Part shown: piece by piece, positions 1-7,979 of the stretch
Position numbering within the stretch: position 1 is the stretch's first letter
How the letters are laid out: each line of letters begins with the position of its first letter
Assembly: GCA_965612795.1 (NCBI GenBank)
Contig: CBFDTI010000024.1
Coordinates: 1-17,753 of the forward strand
Reading direction: 5' to 3'
Length of the DNA: 17,753 bases
Origin: an uncultured bacterium
GTDB lineage: Bacteria > Hydrothermota > UBA3073 > NMUJ01
Made by a program: the position numbers and the translations under genes
The notes under the pieces: generated by a model
What the model was told of the DNA's origin: nothing
Databases searched by the model: none
The model's input: only the letters and a program-made list of their open reading frames with translations

Positions 1-306
1 ATTCACATCGTTATGCTTGCGTGCAAGCTCTGCCAACTCCTCGTTCCAAACCACACCCGCTCGTATACCTTTAACTTTGTTCGCAACGATACTCATGCCT
101 ACCCCCGTACCACAGAAGAGTATACCCAAATCAGCCTCCCCTTTAGCAACCGCCTCTGCTGCCGGTATTCCATGATCAGGGTAATCGCACCTCTCCTTCG
201 TATCAGTACCAAAATCCACAACTTCTATACCTTTTCCCACCAGATACTCTTTTACCCTATTTTTAATTTCAAACCCACGATGATCCGCTCCTACTGCTAC
301 TCTCAT
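1..306 (-). CDS. rpiB: Ribose-5-phosphate isomerase B (RpiB/LacA/LacB family), 3' end runs off the window
   Basis: Not in the ORF track. Manual translation from ATG 306: MRVAVGADHRGFEIKNRVKEYLVGKGIEVVDFGTDTKERCDYPDHG...LFCGTGVGMSIVANKVKGIRA...ARKHNDVN. Has RpiB motifs GxDHxG, DYP, CGTGxG, ANK and RxHND. Purine-rich AAGGGGGAAGC directly upstream. Confidence 0.96.
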   Translation of the reverse strand, partial: MRVAVGADHRGFEIKNRVKEYLVGKGIEVVDFGTDTKERCDYPDHGIPAAEAVAKGEADLGILFCGTGVGMSIVANKVKGIRAGVVWNEELAELARKHNDVN

Positions 307-1219
307 GCTTCCCCCTTATTGCCGATAAATTTAATGTGTTTTGTTCACCCCACAAGTGCATAGCTTCTAATATCCCTTTAGCCCTATAATGATACCGTAT
401 GATGCCTTTCAACAGCTGGTACATCGGTGGTATACATGCGAACTCAGCAGCTACCCTGCGTATCCCTCTACTTTCGACCCAACGTTGTGTTTTTAATATA
501 TGTGATATAATGAGTGCCTTACGTGTATGCGCAATACGTTCGCCACGTTCACCGAACCGTCTCACAAACGCATACGCAGTTTTACCACGTTCGTACGATT
601 TACGTATAAACTCATCCAACTCCACTGGTGGGCCATCCACATGGTATGCCCTACACCTACGGAACGCATGTACCATTGGTAATCCCAATTCTTGTAACCG
701 CAACCCCAGATCCAGATCATGGTACCCCATAAATGCACCTAGGTGTTCATCAAATCCGCCCACTTCCAGCAGCCACCGCTTTTTAACTGATGCATTTTGT
801 GTAATAAATACATGCCAACATATCCCGTTCGGTATCAAGTATCTAAAACTCAGCCTCTTCGGCAACCCGCGCACATGATAGACCATACCTTGTAAAATAA
901 TATCACCCCTCTCTTCATGTATCTCCACATGATCCTGTACGAATTTAGGTGCTACTATCACATCACTATCGACAAAAATTATGAGCTCCCCTTTTGCTAC
1001 TTCAATCCCCACATTACGTGCATGTGCGGGACCGCTCCTCTTCTCTAACCTCACATATCGGACAGGGTATCTTCTTATTCGTCCCACTGTATCATCTGTG
1101 GACGCATCATCCACCACTATAACCTCATAGTCATCAAAAGTTTGCTCCATTAATGCAGCTACACACTTAGTTAAGATTTTTGCCCGATTGTAAGTAGGGA
1201 TTACTACCGAAGCCTTCAC
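269..1219 (-). CDS. Family 2 glycosyltransferase (GT-A fold)
   Basis: SVVIPTYNR, EVIVVDDASTD, GPAHARNVG, DxD motif FVDSD, VGGFDE. GTG start 2 nt after the rpsA stop. The 3' end overlaps the rpiB start by 38 nt. Confidence 0.92.
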   Translation of the reverse strand: MKASVVIPTYNRAKILTKCVAALMEQTFDDYEVIVVDDASTDDTVGRIRRYPVRYVRLEKRSGPAHARNVGIEVAKGELIIFVDSDVIVAPKFVQDHVEIHEERGDIILQGMVYHVRGLPKRLSFRYLIPNGICWHVFITQNASVKKRWLLEVGGFDEHLGAFMGYHDLDLGLRLQELGLPMVHAFRRCRAYHVDGPPVELDEFIRKSYERGKTAYAFVRRFGERGERIAHTRKALIISHILKTQRWVESRGIRRVAAEFACIPPMYQLLKGIIRYHYRAKGILEAMHLWGEQNTLNLSAIRGKHESSSRSGSSWV

Positions 1220-1221
1220 TC

Positions 1222-2925
1222 TTATTTCTCTTTCCCCTCTTTCCCCTCTTCTGATTCGTCGATCAGTTTATCGAGCTCCTCGGGAAGCTCTATCCTTCGT
1301 TCCTCTTTCTCCTTTACAGGGCTTTTCACCTTACGATATCTATGTATAAGCTGACGTTCAAGCCATTCTTCATACATCTTCTCCGATAGTATAAGCCTAC
1401 GGCGGCTCGGATTTATATCCTTAACCCCCACCTGTATGGTTTTACCCACTCTGTATGTATCTGGCCATTTTTTGGGATCCGACTCCATCAGCAACTCCAT
1501 CGGCATGAACCCCTTAAGTCCACCACCCACATCCACAAGTATACCCTTTTCCAGTAGAGCCACAACCTTAGCCCTAATTATTGATCCAACTGGATGGTGT
1601 CGTTGAAATATTACCAACGGATCTTCTGTCAATTGTTTATATCCCAATATTATTCGACGCATCTCGCGATCATACCCCAGTACGCGTGCCTTAACTCTCT
1701 GTCCTTTGCGGAAGACCTCTGATGGATGTTCTATCTTTTGTGTCCACGATATATCACTTATGTGTATGAATCCCTCAAGCTCGTCCGGTAACGCCACCAC
1801 CACTCCATACGGCAGTATAAGCTCCACCCTACCCATAACGATCGACCCTATGGGGTGTTTAGTCTCTATCACTTCCCATGGGTCTGGCATAAGTTGCTTC
1901 AAACTAAGCGATATTTTCTGCTCCTCTTTGTTAATCTCCAGCACTTTAACTTCAACAACATCACCGACTGACAACACTTCCGATGGATGCTTTATCCTGC
2001 GCGTCCAAGACAGTTCCGATATATGTAGTAACCCTTCTATGCCTTTCTCCAGCTCTATGAATGCGCCATAGTTAACAATTGCCACCACCTTTCCCTTAAC
2101 TACAGAGCCTACTGGATATTTTTTCTCAATATTCTCCCATGGGTGAGGCATCAACTGCTTCATACCTACAAACACCTTACCAGTGTCAGGATCAACCTCT
2201 AGTATCTTCACTTTAACTTTATCATCAAGCTTGAGCACCTCCGACGGATGTGATATCCTTGTCCATGTCATATCTCCGATGTGCATGAATGCTTCTATAT
2301 CCTCTATCTGTACTATTGCACCCGTATGTGTGATACTTTTGACCACACCCTCCTTCACTGCACCTATCTGAAACCGTCGCACTATCTCCTCACGACGTCG
2401 CCGTTCTTCCTCTTCAAGATATTCCCTGTGTGAGACCACCAGATTACGTCGCTGCTCATTACACCGCAATATCTTAAATTTCAGAGTCGTGCCCAATAAC
2501 TTCTCTGGTCGATCGAGCTGTTGCCCAACATGACTCATAGGGAGGAACCCCCATACCGACATTATATCTACCATAAACCCGCCCTTAACTACTTTCTTCA
2601 CTTCACCTTCAACTGTACCGTCGTTCTCAAACGCTTCACGTAGCTTACGCCATGCCTCAAGCTGTTCCGCCTTCAGTTTTGACACTTTTATGTAGCCCTC
2701 TTCGGTTTCGAGCGCCTCAATATACACCGGGATCTCCTGACCTACCTCTATCTTTTCTTCCTTCTTGAACTCCGTGATAGGGATTGCGCCTTGGCTCTTC
2801 GCCCCAATATCGACAATCACATCGCGTTTACTTATGTGTACAACCTTTCCGGAGACTACCTCACCCACCTTTGGCTCATAAAACTTATGTTCGATCAACT
2901 CCATCAAAACACCATCTTCTACCAT
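1222..2925 (-). CDS. rpsA: 30S ribosomal protein S1 (six S1 repeats)
   Basis: Repeated S1 motifs (VDIGAKSQG, GFLPMSH, AFMHIGDMTW, GLLHISELSW, GFIHISDISW, GFMPMELL). Start moved from the track's 2973 to ATG 2925, which has SD AAGGAGG (2934-2940) 8 nt upstream. Confidence 0.95.
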   Translation of the reverse strand: MVEDGVLMELIEHKFYEPKVGEVVSGKVVHISKRDVIVDIGAKSQGAIPITEFKKEEKIEVGQEIPVYIEALETEEGYIKVSKLKAEQLEAWRKLREAFENDGTVEGEVKKVVKGGFMVDIMSVWGFLPMSHVGQQLDRPEKLLGTTLKFKILRCNEQRRNLVVSHREYLEEEERRRREEIVRRFQIGAVKEGVVKSITHTGAIVQIEDIEAFMHIGDMTWTRISHPSEVLKLDDKVKVKILEVDPDTGKVFVGMKQLMPHPWENIEKKYPVGSVVKGKVVAIVNYGAFIELEKGIEGLLHISELSWTRRIKHPSEVLSVGDVVEVKVLEINKEEQKISLSLKQLMPDPWEVIETKHPIGSIVMGRVELILPYGVVVALPDELEGFIHISDISWTQKIEHPSEVFRKGQRVKARVLGYDREMRRIILGYKQLTEDPLVIFQRHHPVGSIIRAKVVALLEKGILVDVGGGLKGFMPMELLMESDPKKWPDTYRVGKTIQVGVKDINPSRRRLILSEKMYEEWLERQLIHRYRKVKSPVKEKEERRIELPEELDKLIDESEEGKEGKEK

Positions 2926-2944
2926 TACATTTACCTCCTTTTTG

Positions 2945-3787
2945 TCATTGTCTAAAAGATTTAACTTTATCAATCACTTTGTCAATAAGCCAGTTCGGGG
3001 TCGACGCTCCTCCCGTTACCCCTACACGTTTTGTGTTATTAAACCATGATGGATCGACTTCTTCCGGACCTTCAACCTGATAGGTACGAGGATTTACCTG
3101 CTTCATTATATCTGTCAACCGCCTTGTATTCGCACTTTGACGATCGCCTACCACCAACATAACGTCTACATTGTTGGCCAACTTTATACCTGCCTCCTGT
3201 CGACGTATAGTAGCACTACAGATAGTATTAAATATTTTTAACTCATCACATTTTGTAACAAGTACACTGATTATCTCTTTGTAGACATCCATCAGCATTG
3301 TCGTCTGTGCCACCACCCCTATCTTTTTACATTCCGGTAGAAGCGAGGCAGCTTTGCGATCGCCCACTACATATGCATAAGCCCCTACATAGCCGAGTGT
3401 AGCACGTACCTCCGGATGTAACTTATCACCTGCTATTACGACCGTATAACCTTCATCTGTTAATAGCTTCGCATATCGATGTACTTTGGCTACAAACGGA
3501 CAAGTAGCATCCACCACAATAAACTTGTTGCGTTTGGCTTCATCTACCACATCAGGTGGCACTCCATGTGTACGTAAAATGAGGTATCCGGGAGGATGAT
3601 CAAACTCCTCTATAGGTATGACTTCATATTCATTCTGTAGCCTCTCCACCACCATCTTATTGTGTATCAATGGTCCCCACGTGTATACGGGTAGTTTTGA
3701 ATGTTGTACCACATTTTCCACAATCTTAAGTGCACGCTCTACTCCAAAGCAGAACCCCGCATACGGTGCAACGATTATTCTCATCAC
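2945..3787 (-). CDS. ispH: 4-hydroxy-3-methylbut-2-enyl diphosphate reductase (LytB)
   Basis: Three [4Fe-4S] Cys motifs (GFCFGV, DATCPFV, NTICSAT), plus LIHN, RTHGV, HPEV, AQTT, SANT and GVTGGASTP. Start is GTG 3787 or ATG 3784. Confidence 0.97.
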   Translation of the reverse strand: MMRIIVAPYAGFCFGVERALKIVENVVQHSKLPVYTWGPLIHNKMVVERLQNEYEVIPIEEFDHPPGYLILRTHGVPPDVVDEAKRNKFIVVDATCPFVAKVHRYAKLLTDEGYTVVIAGDKLHPEVRATLGYVGAYAYVVGDRKAASLLPECKKIGVVAQTTMLMDVYKEIISVLVTKCDELKIFNTICSATIRRQEAGIKLANNVDVMLVVGDRQSANTRRLTDIMKQVNPRTYQVEGPEEVDPSWFNNTKRVGVTGGASTPNWLIDKVIDKVKSFRQ

Positions 3788-3869
3788 CTTTTAATATAAG
3801 TAAATATTGGCAAAGTAAACTATCCATTGACGGTATCCGCTTTTATTTAAATTTTTAAAATGTTATAGA
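3788..3869. promoter_or_regulatory. Divergent promoter region, ispH / nitroreductase
   Basis: AT-rich 82-bp gap between divergent operons. Plus strand: TTGACG 3827-3832 and TAAAAT 3856-3861 (spacing not canonical). Minus strand: TATATT 3793-3798. Confidence 0.5.
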
Positions 3870-4469
3870 ATGTTGCTACTCCTTTTGAGTTTAGTAATTA
3901 ACCTTGAAATGCATCAATTTTTGATTGAACGCCGCTCAATACGGAGGTTCGAGCACAGGCCAATACCCGCAGATAAACTATACCGTATCGTAGAAACCGC
4001 TTTATATGCGCCGTCTGCAGGTAATACCCAACCCTGGTACATTATTGTTGTACAGGATACGGGGTCATGTCGGCTAATTTATGAGAACACGCTCTGGTTA
4101 GCCGGCAAACCCACCTATAATGAAGCTCCCTCTGCTTACTTATTGGTATTATGGGAGAAAGCTCGTTGCCCAGATTGGCCCGGTATCGCCAGTTGTGCTG
4201 CTTTATGTACTTACATATTGTTGGCAGCACATGCTGAAAGTCTGGGTGCTGTATGGATTGGTAGTGTCACGAATAAAGATTTATTGATACAACATTTTGG
4301 TATACCTGAAGGGTTAGAGATATTTTCGATAATAGCATTAGGCTATCCGAATGAGTCCCCTAAGGTAGTGCCCGCTGATAAAGACTATCGTCCCTATCGG
4401 CGTGATGGCCGGCTGTTTGTGCCTAAATATTCCGTAACCGATAAAGTAAAGTTCAACCGATGGGAATAA
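3870..4469 (+). CDS. Nitroreductase-family flavoprotein
   Basis: RRSIRRF, APSAGNTQPW, LLAAHAESLGAVWIG, IALGYP. Alternative start at ATG 3909. Confidence 0.92.
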   Translation: MLLLLLSLVINLEMHQFLIERRSIRRFEHRPIPADKLYRIVETALYAPSAGNTQPWYIIVVQDTGSCRLIYENTLWLAGKPTYNEAPSAYLLVLWEKARCPDWPGIASCAALCTYILLAAHAESLGAVWIGSVTNKDLLIQHFGIPEGLEIFSIIALGYPNESPKVVPADKDYRPYRRDGRLFVPKYSVTDKVKFNRWE

Positions 4470-5785
4470 TCTTCAGCATCTCCGGTGTACGTGGCCGTGT
4501 ACCGGATGAGCTTACCCCTGATATCATGGTACAACTTGGTAAATCTATCGGCACATATTTTCATGGCGACATACTTATAGGGCGTGACGGCCGCCGTTCA
4601 AGCCAGTTGCTCGAACATGCATTAATAAGCGGTATACTGCTGACGGGGAGCAACATACGCATAGGTGGTATAGTACCTACGCCTACACTTATTTATAACA
4701 CACATGAACTCGATGTCGCCGGTGGGATAATGATAACTGCAAGCCATAACCCTGAGCTCTGGAATGGCGTCAAATTCATACACCCTGATGGTAGATTCTT
4801 ATTACCTCAAGAAGTAGAGAAACTCAAACAAATTTATCGCCAAAATGAATACCATATCGCATCCTGGGATAAGTTTGGTACCATATCTTACGATCACCAT
4901 ATGATAGAGCGACACATTCGCCGCATATTGGAGATTGTTGATACCAAGTCAATAAGTAGGGGGCATTTCAAAGTTGTGGTTGATGGGCTCAATAGCGCCT
5001 TTGGGTTAGCTGCCACGAAGCTGTTAGATTTACTCAATGTAGACCATATATGTATCAATTGTGAGCCCGGTCGTGGTTTTAACCGTTTGCCTGAACCTAT
5101 CCCTCAACATTTAGCTGACCTTTCCCAAGCTGTACTTAAATACAAAGCCGACCTTGGTATCACCAGCGACGCAGACGGTGACCGTCTCTCCATCGTCACC
5201 GACCGTGGTATACCAATAGGAGAAGAATATACACTACCGTTGGTTGCACACCATCTCTGTAAGTCTCGTCAGGGCCCCATAGTCACAAATCTATCTACTT
5301 CACAGATGATTGAACACATTGCATCGCCCATCATTCGCACCCCTGTTGGTGAAGCCCATGTAGTAGCTAAGATGTTGGAAACACGTGCGATCCTTGGGGG
5401 TGAAGGTAATGGCGGTATTATCGACCCTCAGCTTCACTATACAAGAGATGCGCTCATCGGTACTGCAAGGATACTCGAGTTGCTCGCACACGAAGGTTGC
5501 AAAATATCTGAAATAGTTGCCCAATTCCCATATTATTGTATGATCAAGGACAAACTACCAATATCCAGCGAAATACCTAAGGATAAACTTATCGCATACT
5601 TGAAACCCGACACTGTACGTGAAGATGATGGCTTATGGTTACGTCGTGATAGAATAATGGTACATGTACGGCCATCAAATACTGAGCCTATCATTCGTAT
5701 TGTAGTGGAGACACCTGATGACCAAACTACGTCACGCATTTTACAGGATATCAAAGAAATCGTGGGGCCACAATGTGCGGCATAA
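4460..5785 (+). CDS. glmM: Phosphoglucosamine mutase (alpha-D-phosphohexomutase)
   Basis: SISGVRG, phospho-Ser loop TASHNP, metal loop DADGDR, sugar loop GEGNGG, RPSNTEP. Overlaps the glmS start, which supports GlmM over PMM/PGM. Confidence 0.85.
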   Translation: MGIIFSISGVRGRVPDELTPDIMVQLGKSIGTYFHGDILIGRDGRRSSQLLEHALISGILLTGSNIRIGGIVPTPTLIYNTHELDVAGGIMITASHNPELWNGVKFIHPDGRFLLPQEVEKLKQIYRQNEYHIASWDKFGTISYDHHMIERHIRRILEIVDTKSISRGHFKVVVDGLNSAFGLAATKLLDLLNVDHICINCEPGRGFNRLPEPIPQHLADLSQAVLKYKADLGITSDADGDRLSIVTDRGIPIGEEYTLPLVAHHLCKSRQGPIVTNLSTSQMIEHIASPIIRTPVGEAHVVAKMLETRAILGGEGNGGIIDPQLHYTRDALIGTARILELLAHEGCKISEIVAQFPYYCMIKDKLPISSEIPKDKLIAYLKPDTVREDDGLWLRRDRIMVHVRPSNTEPIIRIVVETPDDQTTSRILQDIKEIVGPQCAA

Positions 5786-7593
5786 TAGGTTATGTAGGGC
5801 CACGCGATATAAGTAGTGTGTTATTATCCGGCCTATGGAAACTGGAATACCGTGGATACGATTCTGCTGGTGTCGCTTCTATATATGGAGATGAAATACA
5901 CTTACGTAAGGTAGTTGGTAAACTACATAAGCTCGCACAATTACTCGACCAAGATCCCTTAAAAGGCAATGTAGGGATCGGTCATACACGGTGGGCTACA
6001 CATGGTGAGGTATCACCCGAAAATGCGCACCCACAAATAGACTGTGAGGGCAAGATAGCCGTTGTCCATAACGGTATTATTGAGAATTACATATCACTAC
6101 GTAACAAGCTACGTAAAGAAGGGCATATATTGCGATCCTCTACTGATACAGAGATCATCCCGCACCTTATTGAAGAACATTTTCTCAAAACACACGACTT
6201 TTTAGCCGCTATCAAACATACCGTGGAGTTGCTAGAAGGCTCATTTGCAATGGCGATTATCTCTCTGCACCAACCCGACAGGTTGTTCGCTGTACGGAAA
6301 GGTAGCCCGCTAGTTGTGGGTTGGGGTGAAACCGAAAACATCCTAGCTTCCGACATCCAAGCAATAGTGGGTATTACGCGCAAAGTCTCATACCTCGAAG
6401 ATGATGACCTCGCAATCCTTACCGCCAACTCCATAGAGATCGAAAACTTACGTCAGGGTAAGGTAGAGCGTCAAATCTTTCTAGTAGATGGCGAACTTTG
6501 GGAAGCCGAAAAGGAAGGTTACCCATTCTTCATGTTAAAAGAGATACACGAACAACCTCGTATCGTAGAGCGCAACATACGCAAGTTTGCACAAAATCGT
6601 ACCATAAGGCTGTTCGATGATGTGCCACCCTACCTTCGCAATATTCATCGTATCATTATACAGGCGTGTGGCACCTCATGGCATGCAGGTTACGTAGGCA
6701 AGTATATATTGGAAGAATGGGCACGTATCTACACAGACATAGAGATAGCATCTGAATTTAGGTATAGGGCACAGGTGATGGATGAAGATACGATGGTCAT
6801 GGCAATAAGTCAATCTGGTGAAACTGCCGACACGCTTGCGGGTATCAGGGAAGCAAAACTGGCTCACCTACCTGTGTTGAGCCTTGTAAACGTACCCGAA
6901 AGCTCAATTGCTCGCGAATCTACCAACGTCTTATACATAAATGCGGGTCCTGAAATAGGGGTAGCTTCCACAAAAGCTTACACTGCACAACTGCTGCTCT
7001 TATATCTATTTGCACTTTATCTAAAGGATCTGAGAGGGTTCGACAAACCTGACACCCATCACATACTTGAGGCGCTGGAAACTGTTCCATCCAAAATGGC
7101 CCGCATATTGGATCACTCAAACGATATCGTCGATATAGCTACTAAATATGTAAAGTATAACAACTTTATGTTCCTTGGACGTTGGATTAACTACCCATCT
7201 GCACTCGAAGGTGCACTAAAATTGAAGGAAATCTCCTACATCCACGCAATCGGTTATCCTGCAGGTGAGATGAAGCATGGTCCACTCGCTTTGGTAGATG
7301 AAAATATGCCCGTGGTTGTTATAAACCCCTACACTCGAGTTTACGACAAGATGTGTGCCAATATCGAAGAGGTGAAATCCCGCAAAGGTAAAGTCATAGG
7401 TATAGCTACTGAGGGTGATACTAAAATGGAATCGCTGGTTGATGATATCTTCTACATCCCTGAGATTGAGGAATCACTTACACCACTACTTGTAGCTTTA
7501 CCACTACAACTATTGGCATATCATATAGCTGTGATGCGTGGCCTTGATGTTGATAAACCCAGAAATTTGGCGAAAAGCGTAACTGTGGAGTGA
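5773..7593 (+). CDS. glmS: Glutamine--fructose-6-phosphate transaminase (isomerizing)
   Basis: MCGI catalytic Cys, LEYRGYDSAG, GHTRWATHG, HNGIIEN, SQSGETADT, EGALKLKEISY, C-terminal PRNLAKSVTVE. Confidence 0.98.
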   Translation: MCGIIGYVGPRDISSVLLSGLWKLEYRGYDSAGVASIYGDEIHLRKVVGKLHKLAQLLDQDPLKGNVGIGHTRWATHGEVSPENAHPQIDCEGKIAVVHNGIIENYISLRNKLRKEGHILRSSTDTEIIPHLIEEHFLKTHDFLAAIKHTVELLEGSFAMAIISLHQPDRLFAVRKGSPLVVGWGETENILASDIQAIVGITRKVSYLEDDDLAILTANSIEIENLRQGKVERQIFLVDGELWEAEKEGYPFFMLKEIHEQPRIVERNIRKFAQNRTIRLFDDVPPYLRNIHRIIIQACGTSWHAGYVGKYILEEWARIYTDIEIASEFRYRAQVMDEDTMVMAISQSGETADTLAGIREAKLAHLPVLSLVNVPESSIARESTNVLYINAGPEIGVASTKAYTAQLLLLYLFALYLKDLRGFDKPDTHHILEALETVPSKMARILDHSNDIVDIATKYVKYNNFMFLGRWINYPSALEGALKLKEISYIHAIGYPAGEMKHGPLALVDENMPVVVINPYTRVYDKMCANIEEVKSRKGKVIGIATEGDTKMESLVDDIFYIPEIEESLTPLLVALPLQLLAYHIAVMRGLDVDKPRNLAKSVTVE

Positions 7594-7899
7594 TTATTTC
7601 CACCCCAACATCTCTTTTGCCTTATCTGACATCCTCTCAGGTGTCCAACGTGGTTCCCATACAAGTTCTACGTTCACATCACGGAAACCCGCTTCCTGTA
7701 GCTTGAGCTTTACCGCCTGTACAAGGTAGGCAGCCAACGGACATCCCGGCACTGTAAGCGTCATTTTTATATTAACGCGGTCACCTTCATCCACTTCTAC
7801 ACCATAGATTAGCCCCAAATCCCATACATTGATGCCAATTTCTGGATCCACCACCTGCTTCAAAACCTCTATAATCTTTTCTTTTTCTTTTTCCTTCAT
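7594..7899 (-). CDS. DUF59 / MIP18 / SufT-like Fe-S cluster assembly protein
   Basis: DPEIGINVWDLGLIY, MTLTVPGCP, VWEPRWTPERMS: the DPE...T...CP signature of DUF59. Confidence 0.92.
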   Translation of the reverse strand: MKEKEKEKIIEVLKQVVDPEIGINVWDLGLIYGVEVDEGDRVNIKMTLTVPGCPLAAYLVQAVKLKLQEAGFRDVNVELVWEPRWTPERMSDKAKEMLGWK

Positions 7900-7905
7900 T
7901 TCTAA

Positions 7906-7979
7906 TCGGGGCAGCCGGACTTGAACCGGCGACCTCTTGGTCCCGAACCAAGCGCGCTACCAGCCTGCGCTATGCCCCG
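7906..7979 (-). tRNA. tRNA-Pro (anticodon CGG), 74 nt, CCA not encoded
   Basis: Minus strand: CGGGGCA TA GCGC AGGCTGGTA GCGC G CTTGG TTCGGGA CCAAG AGGTC GCCGG TTCAAGT CCGGC TGCCCCG A. All four stems pair perfectly. C1:G72 and A73 are Pro identity elements. Anticodon at 7943-7945. Confidence 0.98.

Noticed and set aside
13..363. 116-aa plus-strand ORF
   Set aside because: Antisense shadow of the real minus-strand rpiB.
1222..2925. Periodic repeats of about 260 bp as a possible repeat array or CRISPR
   Set aside because: These are the S1 domain repeats of RpsA, not identical nucleotide repeats with spacers.
399..3080. Plus-strand ORFs 399-878, 1706-2071, 2183-2371, 2784-3080
   Set aside because: Antisense shadows of GT2, rpsA and ispH with no motifs. 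Their internal similarity just mirrors the S1 repeats.
5700..5790. glmS ribozyme
   Set aside because: glmS overlaps the glmM stop, so there is no 5' UTR to hold it.
4042..7120. Short minus-strand ORFs inside nitroreductase, glmM and glmS
   Set aside because: Antisense to well-supported genes, with no recognisable protein features.
7880..7930. tRNA as an integration site (att) for an island
   Set aside because: No integrase and no duplicated tRNA 3' end seen; the flanks are housekeeping genes.
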